From the NCBI GenBank assembly GCA_038245295.1, contig JBBRSP010000002.1, positions 353,941-417,940 on the forward strand: 64,000 bases of DNA, read 5' to 3'. The notes beneath the pieces are model-generated. The model saw only the letters and a list, made by a program, of their open reading frames with translations, ran no database searches and had not been told where the DNA came from. Below, one piece after another: positions 8,842 to 18,112 of the stretch. The number at the start of each line of letters is the position of its first letter. Positions within the stretch are counted from its first letter, which is position 1. The position numbers and the translations under genes were made by a program. This DNA comes from Candidatus Binatia bacterium (GTDB lineage: Bacteria; Desulfobacterota; Binatia; HRBIN30).

Positions 8842-9903
8842 ATGAATCGTCAAACTACCGGTCGCAGGACCCGATGGATCGAAAGCGGCATGATGGCCGC
8901 CGCACTGGCGTGTCTGAGTGTTGCGCCATCAATCGCTTCGGCGTCGACCCACGACGCTTGGATTACGACCAAGACCAAGATGGCGTTGCTCACCACCGAA
9001 GGCGTGAGCGGCACTTCGGTCAACGTTGATACGGTGAACAGTACGGTCACACTGCACGGCAAGGTGGAGTCGGCCGACGAAAAGGCCAAGGCCGAGGCGG
9101 TTGCCCGCAAGATCGACGGCGTCACGGATGTTCGCAACGTATTGCAGGTCGTGAGCACTCCTCACGCCGCTGTGGTGCAGCGCACCGACGATCAGATCAA
9201 GACCCAGTTGACCAAGTCGCTCAGCGCAGCCCCCGCCCTGGAAGGGATTTCGGTCCAATCCGTGAACAACGGTGTGGTTCTTCTGGGTGGAACCGCCAAG
9301 ACGCTGACGGCGCATCTCAGCGCTGTTGAGGCAGCGCACCGGGTGCCGGGCGTGAAGCGTGTGGTCAGCGAAGTTAAAAGTCCCGAAGCACTCGCCGATA
9401 GCGAGATCTGGCGCGACTGGAAGAAGGATTCCTCGGACGCCGCTTCGAGTGTCGGAAATTCAGCGCGCGATGCCTACGTGACCTCGGCCACCAAGATGCG
9501 CTTGCTGGCGGATAAAGAGACCCCGGCGCTGGCGATCAATGTCGATACACAGGACGGCGTTGTGACCCTGTTCGGGATCGTCCCGACCAAGAAGGCCAAG
9601 ATGGCTGCCGAAGCGGATGCGCGCAAAGTCAGTGGCGTTACCAAGGTACAGAACGAGCTCCAGATCGTTCCGGCTGCCATGCAGGCGATGGTGAAAACGC
9701 ACGACGCCGATCTCGAGCGCGACGTCAAGAAATCGCTGCAGGATCGTGCCGAGTTCAAGGACATCAATGTCGAAGTGAAGAACTGCGTGGCGCGTCTCAC
9801 CGGCACCGTTCCGGATGGAATGCAGCGTCTCGAAGCCGCCGTGGTTGCTCGTTCAACCCAGGGCGTCTGTTCGGTCAACGACGAGTTGCGTATCTCCAAC
9901 TAG
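8842..9903 (+). CDS. Periplasmic multi-BON-domain (OsmY-like) protein, about 4 BON domains
   Basis: Signal peptide; repeated DA.IT..K..L...V.V.T..G.VTL.G...GV..V.N.L modules; AAGGAG RBS. Confidence 0.92.
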   Translation: MNRQTTGRRTRWIESGMMAAALACLSVAPSIASASTHDAWITTKTKMALLTTEGVSGTSVNVDTVNSTVTLHGKVESADEKAKAEAVARKIDGVTDVRNVLQVVSTPHAAVVQRTDDQIKTQLTKSLSAAPALEGISVQSVNNGVVLLGGTAKTLTAHLSAVEAAHRVPGVKRVVSEVKSPEALADSEIWRDWKKDSSDAASSVGNSARDAYVTSATKMRLLADKETPALAINVDTQDGVVTLFGIVPTKKAKMAAEADARKVSGVTKVQNELQIVPAAMQAMVKTHDADLERDVKKSLQDRAEFKDINVEVKNCVARLTGTVPDGMQRLEAAVVARSTQGVCSVNDELRISN

Positions 9904-9934
9904 ACTCACGTCCCTCCACATCTCTTTCGACCAG

Positions 9935-9972
9935 AAACACCTCGTCGAGCCACGGCTCGATGAGGTGTTTTC
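9935..9972 (+). terminator. Intrinsic terminator after the BON gene
   Basis: AAACACCTCGTCGAGC/GCTCGATGAGGTGTTT hairpin followed by T residues. Confidence 0.8.
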
Positions 9973-10087
9973 AATTTTACGCGTAACCTCGACGCCGTCT
10001 GAAATTGTTACACGCCACCTCGCCAACACCTCCGGATTCTTCCCTTGAGTCTTAGGTGCTTCCGTTGCGCCGCGTCCATTCGGCTGT

Positions 10088-10103
10088 TGGCATTTGTGTT
10101 GCT
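10088..10103 (+). promoter_or_regulatory. Sigma54 promoter of the Cys-rich secreted protein gene
   Basis: TGGCATTTGTGTTGCT; GG-N10-GC; about 52 nt upstream of ATG 10156. Confidence 0.75.
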
Positions 10104-10155
10104 GAACCAATCCGCGTTCCAGTCAGCGACGACGAAAAAAAAGAGGGGGTTGCCG

Positions 10156-12831
10156 ATGGCACGACGGTGGCAGCGAAAGAGGGAATCCGGGCTTTCGATA
10201 TTCGGGTGCGGGGTTCTAGGGGCTTTACTGTTCGGTGTTGTGCTTGCGGCCCGGCCGAGTGCGGCACTCGACTGCATGAGCTTGCCCTTCGGACCGATCA
10301 CAGTGACGCCGGGTGATAACAGCACCGGCATCGTCACCAGTTACGATATCAGTACCACCGTCCCTTTGTTGGACGGCTGCGACGTCACCACACTGACCGA
10401 GATCACGGTGCTCCTCCCCGAAGATTCGCTGGTGAGCGCCACCGCTAGCGGCACAATCAACGGTACGCCGATCGCCGCGTTTACGACCAGGAGCGGGGCA
10501 CAGGCGTCATTTCGGTCGCCCGTCCCAATCGCCGCAAACGGAGCGCTGGCGATTCACTTGAACCTGATCACCAGTGCCAGCGCCCAGGGTGCCAAGACCT
10601 TGACCGTGTCGGCACTCGACACGCGGGATGGCGGGCCGATTGGCGCGACCACGTCCCTGCCATTTCTACTGCTGACTCCGACGGCGGGTCCAACGGCCAC
10701 GGTGACACCAACACGCACCTTGACGGCGACTCGAACCAATACTCTACCGGCGGCGTCAACGCCGACCGATACGGTGCCGCCGACGGCAACCGGAACGCCG
10801 ACCAGTACGGACACGCCGCTGCCGACCGCGACCATGGTGCCGACGTCGACGTTCACTCCGACCCCGGGCCTGTGCACGGCCAACGCCAACAACCCCTGTG
10901 TTCCGGGCAAGGGGGCGCAGGCGCTCGACTGCGGCATGGAGTGGCTGCCGTCCCCGGTTCCCGTGCGTGATCGCCACGGCGTCCCGAAGACACGACTCAT
11001 CTGTTACGAAGGTGACCCCACCTGTGACGCTGATCCAAATCTAAACGACGGTGTCTGCGAGCTGCGCACTCAGCTGTGCATCAACAACCACGATCCGCGC
11101 CTGCCCAGATGCCAAGCAACCGACGTGACGAGCTTCGAGGTAAAGAGCCCGCGCCCGTCGCACCCGCGTGACAACGCTGACCTGGCCGATATCAACGCAA
11201 TGGAAATGGCCATGGGGGCCGGCGGGTTGGGCGTTACGATCAATCGCGGCGGCATGTCGATCTTCACCGGCGCGACGAACAACACGCCAAATGCGTGTAC
11301 GGGAGAGATCAGCTTGCCGATCGCCATGAAGCATTCGGCGACCGGAGTCCTGCGGCGACGTTCGGTGCGCCTGCGGACGCAGGCCATTTCGAGCTCCGGC
11401 TTGAAGGATACCGACGTGCTGAGCCTACAATGCCGCCCGAGCACTTGCGGTGACGGCATCGTGCAGGGTGATCACGAGCAATGCGACGACCACAACCGCA
11501 TCAATGGCGACGGCTGTGACCAGGGCTGTCACATCGAGCTGGCTCCGACACGGACCCCGACCCTTGCCGGTCCGTCGATGACCCCAACCGTGACCCTGAC
11601 GCCGACCATCACGCCCACGGCGACGATTACGTTTACGCCAGGACCAGCCACCGCGACCCCTAGCGTCACGGCGACAGCGACGATCACCAGCACCCCGGGA
11701 GCGGCGCGTTGTGGCAATGGTGCCATCGATAGTGGCGAGGATTGTGACGACGGCGGTATCTGTATTGGCGGAAGCAATGCCGGCACGCATTGCACCGACG
11801 AGTCCCAGTGTGTTGGCAACGGAATCTGTATTGACGGGACGAGCATCGGCACGGCGTGCGCTAGCGATACTGATTGTCCGGGCAGCACCTGTGTGCACTG
11901 TCGCGCCTTCGGTGGCGACGGATGCGCTTCCAACTGCACGCAAGAGACGGACGTTCCGTACAACCTCGTGGCCGGGAACGCCAATTCTCCTGCGACGACC
12001 AGCACGGCGCGGGCGCACGGTTCGAGCCTCGATCTGACACTGCCGCTGCGTGGCTCAGAGGTGCTCACCATCGGCAAAGCGCGGGACGGCATGATCCCGA
12101 TCGTCGTAAAAGCATCGTCGATCACCTTGCCGGCCATCAAGATCAGCACGCTGGCGTGTGCCTGTGTGCGCGGTGCTGCGGTCCAAACATGCGGCGGCAC
12201 CCTGTTCGAGATCGATGGTAGCCCGGCGCGCGATTGCACTCTGAATGACGATTGTGCCGCGATGTCCAAACCGCCCTGTACCTACCTGCACGGCGAGGGC
12301 AACGCGGCCGCTGGAGTGATCGGTTGCAATGGTTTGTCGCCGATCGACTTCACCTACTCCCAGGATGCGGGTGGTACGCCCCCACCACCTGCACCCACCC
12401 CGCCCGCCGGCTCCGGTGGACCCATGATTGTGTTCACCGGAACCGGTGGGCCGGGGGCCGCCCTGATCCTGAATACGCTGAAGGTTGGTACGGCGCAGCC
12501 ACCGGCTCCCTCCACGAACCCCTGTCGAGCCAACTCGCCGGCCTATGGGCCGGATCAGAACTTCTGTACCGACGACGATCCGGAATCGTCACGCGGGACG
12601 GCGACCACACTGCCGGCTGTTACCGGCACCGCCACAGGCGTTGTGACCGACCGCAATGGCAGCCCGCAGACGCTGGGTCCGGACTCTCGCACCGGCACGC
12701 CTTTCAACTGCGCCGCCCTTACCAGCGCGTCCCCGTCTGCATCGGGAACGCAGCTGGTTGGAGCCTTCACTTCACTGAACCAACCCACTCTTGGCGACCT
12801 CGTTGTCACCGACGGTCTGGTTGCTCAGTGA
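10156..12831 (+). CDS. Large secreted Cys-rich protein with Pro/Thr linkers and myxococcal Cys-rich (CGDG..E.CDD) repeats
   Basis: Signal peptide; two PT-rich linkers; CGDGIVQGDHEQCDD and CGNGAIDSGEDCDDGG modules; AGAGGGGG RBS. The ORF-track start at 10045 lies upstream of the promoter. Confidence 0.85.
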   Translation: MARRWQRKRESGLSIFGCGVLGALLFGVVLAARPSAALDCMSLPFGPITVTPGDNSTGIVTSYDISTTVPLLDGCDVTTLTEITVLLPEDSLVSATASGTINGTPIAAFTTRSGAQASFRSPVPIAANGALAIHLNLITSASAQGAKTLTVSALDTRDGGPIGATTSLPFLLLTPTAGPTATVTPTRTLTATRTNTLPAASTPTDTVPPTATGTPTSTDTPLPTATMVPTSTFTPTPGLCTANANNPCVPGKGAQALDCGMEWLPSPVPVRDRHGVPKTRLICYEGDPTCDADPNLNDGVCELRTQLCINNHDPRLPRCQATDVTSFEVKSPRPSHPRDNADLADINAMEMAMGAGGLGVTINRGGMSIFTGATNNTPNACTGEISLPIAMKHSATGVLRRRSVRLRTQAISSSGLKDTDVLSLQCRPSTCGDGIVQGDHEQCDDHNRINGDGCDQGCHIELAPTRTPTLAGPSMTPTVTLTPTITPTATITFTPGPATATPSVTATATITSTPGAARCGNGAIDSGEDCDDGGICIGGSNAGTHCTDESQCVGNGICIDGTSIGTACASDTDCPGSTCVHCRAFGGDGCASNCTQETDVPYNLVAGNANSPATTSTARAHGSSLDLTLPLRGSEVLTIGKARDGMIPIVVKASSITLPAIKISTLACACVRGAAVQTCGGTLFEIDGSPARDCTLNDDCAAMSKPPCTYLHGEGNAAAGVIGCNGLSPIDFTYSQDAGGTPPPPAPTPPAGSGGPMIVFTGTGGPGAALILNTLKVGTAQPPAPSTNPCRANSPAYGPDQNFCTDDDPESSRGTATTLPAVTGTATGVVTDRNGSPQTLGPDSRTGTPFNCAALTSASPSASGTQLVGAFTSLNQPTLGDLVVTDGLVAQ

Positions 12832-12842
12832 AGTTGTCCGAA

Positions 12843-12878
12843 GAGCCGGCGGACCTGCGTTGGTCCGCCGGCTCATTT
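12843..12878 (+). terminator. Intrinsic terminator
   Basis: GAGCCGGCGGACC/GGTCCGCCGGCTC perfect 13-bp stem followed by ATTTGTT. Confidence 0.75.
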
Positions 12879-13022
12879 GTTGCCCACGCTCGTCAACGCG
12901 CTCAGGCGTTGGGGTTCGACGACTCCATGGTCAAACTGATTGGCCGACGAACCGTGGTAGGAGAGTCCGGAAAGCCAGACGGCCGACCATACTGATGTCC
13001 AGGTTCCGGGACAGCCGCGGAG

Positions 13023-13550
13023 CGATCGGCAACGGTCACGTTCGAGTACGATTCCCTCGGGCGGCGAACCAAAGTGATCGACGATGACTCCGGCAACTGG
13101 ATTTATGCCTATGATCTCAACGGCAACCTGGTGTACCAGGACGATCCGCAGACGGGTCAACATCTGGAGCTTTGTTACGACCAACTGAACCGCATCACAC
13201 GCAAGTGGTATGCGGGCAGCGACGCCCAAGTGATGCCTGTTGGATCGAAGTGCAGCGGTACGATCAGCGAACCCCATTTCGACTACGCTTACGACTGCGG
13301 CAGCAATCGCATCGGCCGGCTGTGCAGTGTCCAGGACGCTCTGCCGCTGGCGGTTCGCTTCACCGGCTACACGTACGACGTGCGCGGGCGGGTGGCGAGC
13401 GAAACCATCACGCAGGACGTCACCGTCAGCTCCATGGCGCGCTCAACGAGCTTCGCGCGTAGTTTCACCTACGACCTCGCCGATCGGGTGGCCACCGTCG
13501 GCTATCCTATCGACGTTGGTGGCCAGAGCGAGTTAGTGTCTTACACCTAG
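13023..13550 (+). pseudogene. Internal fragment of an RHS/YD-repeat gene
   Basis: TVTFEYDSLGRRTKV, YAYDLNGNL, YDQLNRIT, YTYDVRGRV, FTYDLADRV repeats. No N-terminus, RHS core or toxin tip. Confidence 0.8.
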
Positions 13551-14213
13551 CTTGCCAGTATGTACGATCTTTCAAGCGCCCTGAATCAACCGATCATCGT
13601 CGGCGCTCTCGACACGAGCAGCGGCGGCGCTTCGACGAATGCACTCTATGTCCTGACGCCCGGCCGCTCGATCGCCGGCACCTACAGCAAGCAGCACCTA
13701 CTGCCCTTCGGCGAATATGCCCCCGGGCTCGGCAACCTCTGGCACACAACGGCGAAACTTGTCCCGGGAGCCAAGCCGGAGCTGCTGACCATATCCCTCA
13801 GCGACAACCATAACCTCTCGCTCGGGCCGTCGATTTGTTACGAAGCCGTGCTGCCAGGATTGTTCACCGACATGGTACGCTCCGGCGCGGAGCTACTGAT
13901 CAATGCGACCGACGACTCGTGGCTCGGCGCCGGCAACGCGCCGCTTCAACATCTGCAAGGCACCGTGTTCCGCGCCATCGAGACACGTCGCACGCTAGTG
14001 CGCGCGTCGAACTCGGGAGTCTCCGCGGTGATCGACGCCAGCGGGCGGATCGCGCAGCGCACGAGGCTGTCGGAAGCCACGACCCTGACCGCCGGTATAT
14101 TGCCACGTAGCGGCATCACGACCTACGTCTTGATGGGAGACTGGTTCGCCTACCTGTGCGTGATGATGGCAAGCTTCGGTGGGCTCGAGCAGAGACGCAA
14201 AGGCGCGATGTGA
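13551..14213 (+). pseudogene. lnt: C-terminal fragment of apolipoprotein N-acyltransferase
   Basis: YSKQHLLPFGEY (catalytic Lys), ICYE (catalytic Cys), RAIETRR, RASNSGVSAVID. The N-terminal TM domain and WPE catalytic Glu are missing. Confidence 0.8.
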
Positions 14214-14320
14214 AAGGACGTTGAAGGTCCGAACCCGCAGCTCTCTGCGGCTTTGCGCCTCTGCGGTGAGCCACCACAACGGAATCTCAGCCGCGCACCG
14301 CGGCCGCCGTTACCGAGATC

Positions 14321-14779
14321 TCAAACGTAGGCAGGGTTCAGGTCGACGCCGTTGGCTGCCTTCCAGGTTGCAAACTCGGCTTCGGCGCTTGGCTCATAGG
14401 CGTCGCAGAGGTAGCTGATCTTGGCATCGTCGGTGTAGCGAACGGTCGAGCGCCCGAGCAGGACGAACGGTGGCAGTGTCGGATGTTCGTACGTCACCTT
14501 CCAGCCCATCCGTATCTCGGTGGCAGAGATCTCGGGACCGCTGGTGATTTCCAGGAGTCGTTTGGTGAACTTGCGATCGAAGCCGTCGAGGGACTTCTTC
14601 ATGCCCGCCAAGATGGCGTCCGGTCCCGCTAGATGGCAGCCGAACGACTTGGCCTCGACGTCGTAGATCGCATCGTGGCCGAAGTACTGGTGAAGGCGTG
14701 CCCAGTCGTCATCCTTCAGCGTCTTCTCGAAGTCGCGCGCGTAGGTGAGGAAGGTTGGCATGATGTCCATGGCGGACAC
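14321..14779 (-). CDS. SnoaL/NTF2-like domain protein
   Basis: About 150 aa with YF..DA.Y...G...I pattern and C-terminal G.KIS..D.Y. Confidence 0.7.
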   Translation of the reverse strand: MSAMDIMPTFLTYARDFEKTLKDDDWARLHQYFGHDAIYDVEAKSFGCHLAGPDAILAGMKKSLDGFDRKFTKRLLEITSGPEISATEIRMGWKVTYEHPTLPPFVLLGRSTVRYTDDAKISYLCDAYEPSAEAEFATWKAANGVDLNPAYV

Positions 14780-14915
14780 CTACTCTTGTGCCGCGGTTGA
14801 GGCGAGTCGGGGGAGACAACATTGATCTCTTCCGCGCTCCCTTTGCACCCGCGCCGGGTACTGGAGCGGGGCGCCTACCGATTGCCGGGCGACGAAAAGG
14901 CGCTAGGGTCACCTC

Positions 14916-15722
14916 ATGAGCAACGACGCCCATTCCCGCCCCAGTGGTGAAAGCGAAGAGCTTCTCTACGATCCGAACGTCGCGACGCCGACACACGGCG
15001 ATCGCGCCCGTACGTTGGTCGCAGCAATCCGTACGGCGACTCTGTGCACAATCGCCAAGGAGCCGGCGGGATATCCGTATGGTTCGTTCGTGACGTTTGC
15101 GATGGACGGCGCGGCGCCGGTGTTTTTCATCAGCGGGCTCGCCGAGCATACGAAGAACCTGCGTCTCGATGGACGCGCGTCGCTGCTCATCGCCGAAGGC
15201 GGCGAAGACGATCCGTTGGCCAATGGCCGCGTCACGCTTCTCGGAGTCTGTCGACGCCTCGACGACGGCAACGAGCGCGACTCCGCCAAGGCGGCCTATC
15301 TGCAAGCTCATCCGAATGCGGCCTACTATATGGATTACTCCGACTTCGGATTCTGGCGGCTCGATGTCGAGTCGGTGCGTTACATCGGCGGCTATGGGCG
15401 CATGTCGTGGGTGTCGCTCGACGAGTGGCAGCGCGGCGAACCCGACCCGATCGCGCCGGTCGCGAGCGGCATCATCTCGCACATGAATGCCGATCACGCC
15501 GAGGCGATGATGAGCTACTGTCGAGTCTTCTCGAAAGCGACCGACACCACGGCGGCGACGATGACCAGTGTCGATCGCTACGGCTTCGAGATGTCGGCCG
15601 AAACCGCCAAGGGACGTCGGCCGATCCGTCTGGCGTTCTCGGCACCGATCGCGACGGCCGAAGACGCGCGGCGCGAACTGGTGGATCTGTTGCGGCGAGC
15701 GCGAGCGGCTGAACCCGGGTAA
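14916..15722 (+). CDS. HugZ-like pyridoxamine 5'-phosphate oxidase-fold protein with DUF2470 domain
   Basis: GYPYGS, ISGLAEHTKNL, RVTL.G, RYIGGYGRMSW, HMNADH, VDRYGF. Confidence 0.9.
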   Translation: MSNDAHSRPSGESEELLYDPNVATPTHGDRARTLVAAIRTATLCTIAKEPAGYPYGSFVTFAMDGAAPVFFISGLAEHTKNLRLDGRASLLIAEGGEDDPLANGRVTLLGVCRRLDDGNERDSAKAAYLQAHPNAAYYMDYSDFGFWRLDVESVRYIGGYGRMSWVSLDEWQRGEPDPIAPVASGIISHMNADHAEAMMSYCRVFSKATDTTAATMTSVDRYGFEMSAETAKGRRPIRLAFSAPIATAEDARRELVDLLRRARAAEPG

Positions 15723-16012
15723 GCCTGACGAACAACGCCTCGACGCGTTCCGCGGACCACTCGTCGCACCCTGCACCCCGCTTCCGGGGGGAGTTATCAG
15801 CCGTTTTGGGATTTCTCAGATAGATTCCCCCGCGCCAGACGCACCAGGAAGCCCCAGGATCGCTTCCCGGGCCTCCGGATGGCCTCACCTACGTACACAA
15901 ACTCAACGTTTTTTGGGTTTTTGACCGGTCGATGTCGGTCGTGGTGTTGATTTCATTGAAGAATTAGCAATCTGCCGGGTGGGTGCCGAAGCGTTTGGCC
16001 TGCAACATACGT

Positions 16013-16035
16013 CGCAGGCTAAAGCCTGCGCCTAC
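16013..16035 (-). repeat. GTAG-type REP palindrome
   Basis: Exact reverse complement of the copy at 296-318. Confidence 0.8.
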
Positions 16036-16147
16036 CGACTGGGTTTCACATTGTCGCAGAACGGACTTCGTACACTTCTCGCAGCGAGCCGCGTACGCAT
16101 TTGTGCGCTTCTTGACGCTTCACCTGCGCGCCGAGCTAATCCGAAGC

Positions 16148-16163
16148 TGGCACACGGCTTGCC
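16148..16163 (+). promoter_or_regulatory. Sigma54 promoter
   Basis: TGGCACACGGCTTGCC; GG-N10-GC spacing. Confidence 0.75.
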
Positions 16164-16198
16164 TTAGTACTCCCTCGTAATCGCTGGGGAGGATGAGG

Positions 16199-16366
16199 AT
16201 GAAGTTGTTTGCAACGGGGAAGTGGCTGAAGGAAGAGAAGCGGTGGCGGATGGTGGTGGCGATGGATCGTCACAGTGAGGCGGCGGCACCGCCGCAGCGC
16301 AAGCCGCTCAAGCGGGCGGAAGTAATTGCACTATCGGTGCTGCGCAAGCGTTACGACGTCAATTGA
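16199..16366 (+). CDS. Small basic hypothetical protein (55 aa; alternative start 16193)
   Basis: GGGGAGG RBS and sigma54 promoter directly upstream. MKLFATGKWLKEEKRWRMVVAMDRHSEAAAPPQRKPLKRAEVIALSVLRKRYDVN. Below the ORF-track length cut-off. Confidence 0.6.
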   Translation: MKLFATGKWLKEEKRWRMVVAMDRHSEAAAPPQRKPLKRAEVIALSVLRKRYDVN

Positions 16367-16476
16367 TGAAACGATTTACCCCTCGAAGAAGCGGTGCCGG
16401 CGATCCCTTTGGAGCATACGCCGCACCGGAGGCGCCGTTGCACCGCTTCGACGAAACCTACGCTGATCCGCCGCCC

Positions 16477-16995
16477 CTACTTGGGGCGCTTCATCAGATC
16501 GTCGAGAACCGAACGCCACTGCAACGTGGTCTCGGTCTCCTCGCAAGTCGGGACGCGTTGCAGGGACACGATATAGTCCGCCGGCAGGCCGTGCTCGCCG
16601 GCGCCTTCGACTACCAGGTCCATGTAACGTCGAGTCGGCACATTGTCGCAGCGCCGCGCCGAGCTCAGTGAGAAAGCCATGATCAGCTCGGCATCGGGAT
16701 CGAGCGGTTGCACGGCGACCACGACGCGATCGTAGTTGCCGATCACCACACCTTCTGTGAGCTCGATGTGCGCCAGCTCATCTTCGTTCACTTCGAACGC
16801 CACGCCGAACGCGATGGCGCCCGCTTCTTCAATCATATTTCCAAACGCCCCGTGATTGCCGAAGATCGGCGGCTTGTCGAAGACGACGCGCCAGTCCGCC
16901 ACGCGGCCGGCATACACGCGCGAGTACTCGATCCCGCGTCGCCCGCGCAGCGTTGCGCTTTGCATGTTCGAACCGTAGGCGAAGTACCAGGGCAT
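16477..16995 (-). CDS. Gamma-glutamylcyclotransferase family protein
   Basis: N-terminal YFAYGSNM; L..TEG; C-terminal P..RY...V.EGA.EHGLP.DY. Confidence 0.9.
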   Translation of the reverse strand: MPWYFAYGSNMQSATLRGRRGIEYSRVYAGRVADWRVVFDKPPIFGNHGAFGNMIEEAGAIAFGVAFEVNEDELAHIELTEGVVIGNYDRVVVAVQPLDPDAELIMAFSLSSARRCDNVPTRRYMDLVVEGAGEHGLPADYIVSLQRVPTCEETETTLQWRSVLDDLMKRPK

Positions 16996-17067
16996 GGAAT
17001 CACTACCAGGGTGTTGCGGGGGTAGGGCGTCAGGCTTCGCTACCTGAACACCCTAAAACCCTGCCGC

Positions 17068-17970
17068 TTACATGTATTCCGGTTGCCGCGACTTGTCGCC
17101 GAAGAGCTCGTCCTTGCGGCCGGCCAACTCCTTGGCGGTGAAAGCTGAGTCGTTCTTGCTGATCTGGCCGGCGAAGTGCCAGCCCTTAACGAGGGCGATC
17201 TGTCCGCCCCAGACGACGAAGCCTTGTCCGTTGATGTCAGCGGCTTCCGGGCTGGCGAGAAAGGTCACCAGTTGCGCCGGCCACGCCGGGTGGAACATGT
17301 CGAAGCCGTCTTCCGGCTTGGCGAACATGGCGTTGTTGGGCATCGTATCGGTCATACGCGTGCGGGCCCGCGGCGCGATGAAGTTCGAGGTCACGCCGTA
17401 CTTGCCCATCTCGCGCGCGATGCTGATCGTCAACGAGGCGATGGCGGCTTTGGCCATTGCATAGTTGCTGTTGCCGGCGGTGCCCATGAGGCCGGCTTCC
17501 GAGGCGGTGTTGACGACGCGGCCGTAGGTGCTGCCGGTCTGCTTGGCGGCTTCACGCCAGCGCACACAAGCGTGGCGGGTCATCGCGAAGTGGCCTTTGC
17601 AGTGCACCTTCAAGACGAGATCGAATTCGTCCTCGTTCATGTTGAAGTTCATACGGTCGCGCAGCACGCCGGCGTTGTTGACGACAATGTCGAGTTTGCC
17701 GAACTTGTCGTAGGCCAGATCGATCAGGCCTTTGGCGGCGTTCCAGTCGGAAATGTCGGCGAAGTTGGTGATCGCCTCGCCACCACCCTTGCGGATCTCA
17801 CCAACCACCTCGTCGGCCGGTGTCTGGTCGGCGCCGTCACCGCCGACCGAGGTGCCGATGTCATTGACAATGACCTTGGCCCCCTCCGCCGCTAGCGCCA
17901 GCGCTTCCTCGCGTCCCAGGCCACGTCCGGCGCCGGTGACGATCGCCACCTTCCCATCAAGCAAACCCAT
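17068..17970 (-). CDS. Short-chain dehydrogenase/reductase (3-hydroxyacyl-CoA dehydrogenase-like)
   Basis: TGAGRGLG, NNAG, catalytic YAMAK; GAGGAG RBS. Confidence 0.93.
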   Translation of the reverse strand: MGLLDGKVAIVTGAGRGLGREEALALAAEGAKVIVNDIGTSVGGDGADQTPADEVVGEIRKGGGEAITNFADISDWNAAKGLIDLAYDKFGKLDIVVNNAGVLRDRMNFNMNEDEFDLVLKVHCKGHFAMTRHACVRWREAAKQTGSTYGRVVNTASEAGLMGTAGNSNYAMAKAAIASLTISIAREMGKYGVTSNFIAPRARTRMTDTMPNNAMFAKPEDGFDMFHPAWPAQLVTFLASPEAADINGQGFVVWGGQIALVKGWHFAGQISKNDSAFTAKELAGRKDELFGDKSRQPEYM

Positions 17971-18026
17971 CGTATTCTCCTCGGATCGCTCGTCTCTCGA
18001 GTCGATGTTCGATTGTATTGAGCTCT

Positions 18027-18112
18027 CCTGAGCCTGAGCCTCGCCTATGCCTGAGCCTTCAGCCTCAGCCGTAACAAGGCTCGGGCGAGGGCAAAGGCTG
18101 AGGCCGAGGGGG
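18027..18112. repeat. Hexamer-periodic imperfect hairpin (CCTGAG/CTCAGC units) between ilvB and SDR
   Basis: CCTGAGCCTGAGCCTCGCCTATGCCTGAGCC followed by complementary GGCTCGGGCGAGGGCAAAGGCTGAGGCCGAGG. Confidence 0.5.
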
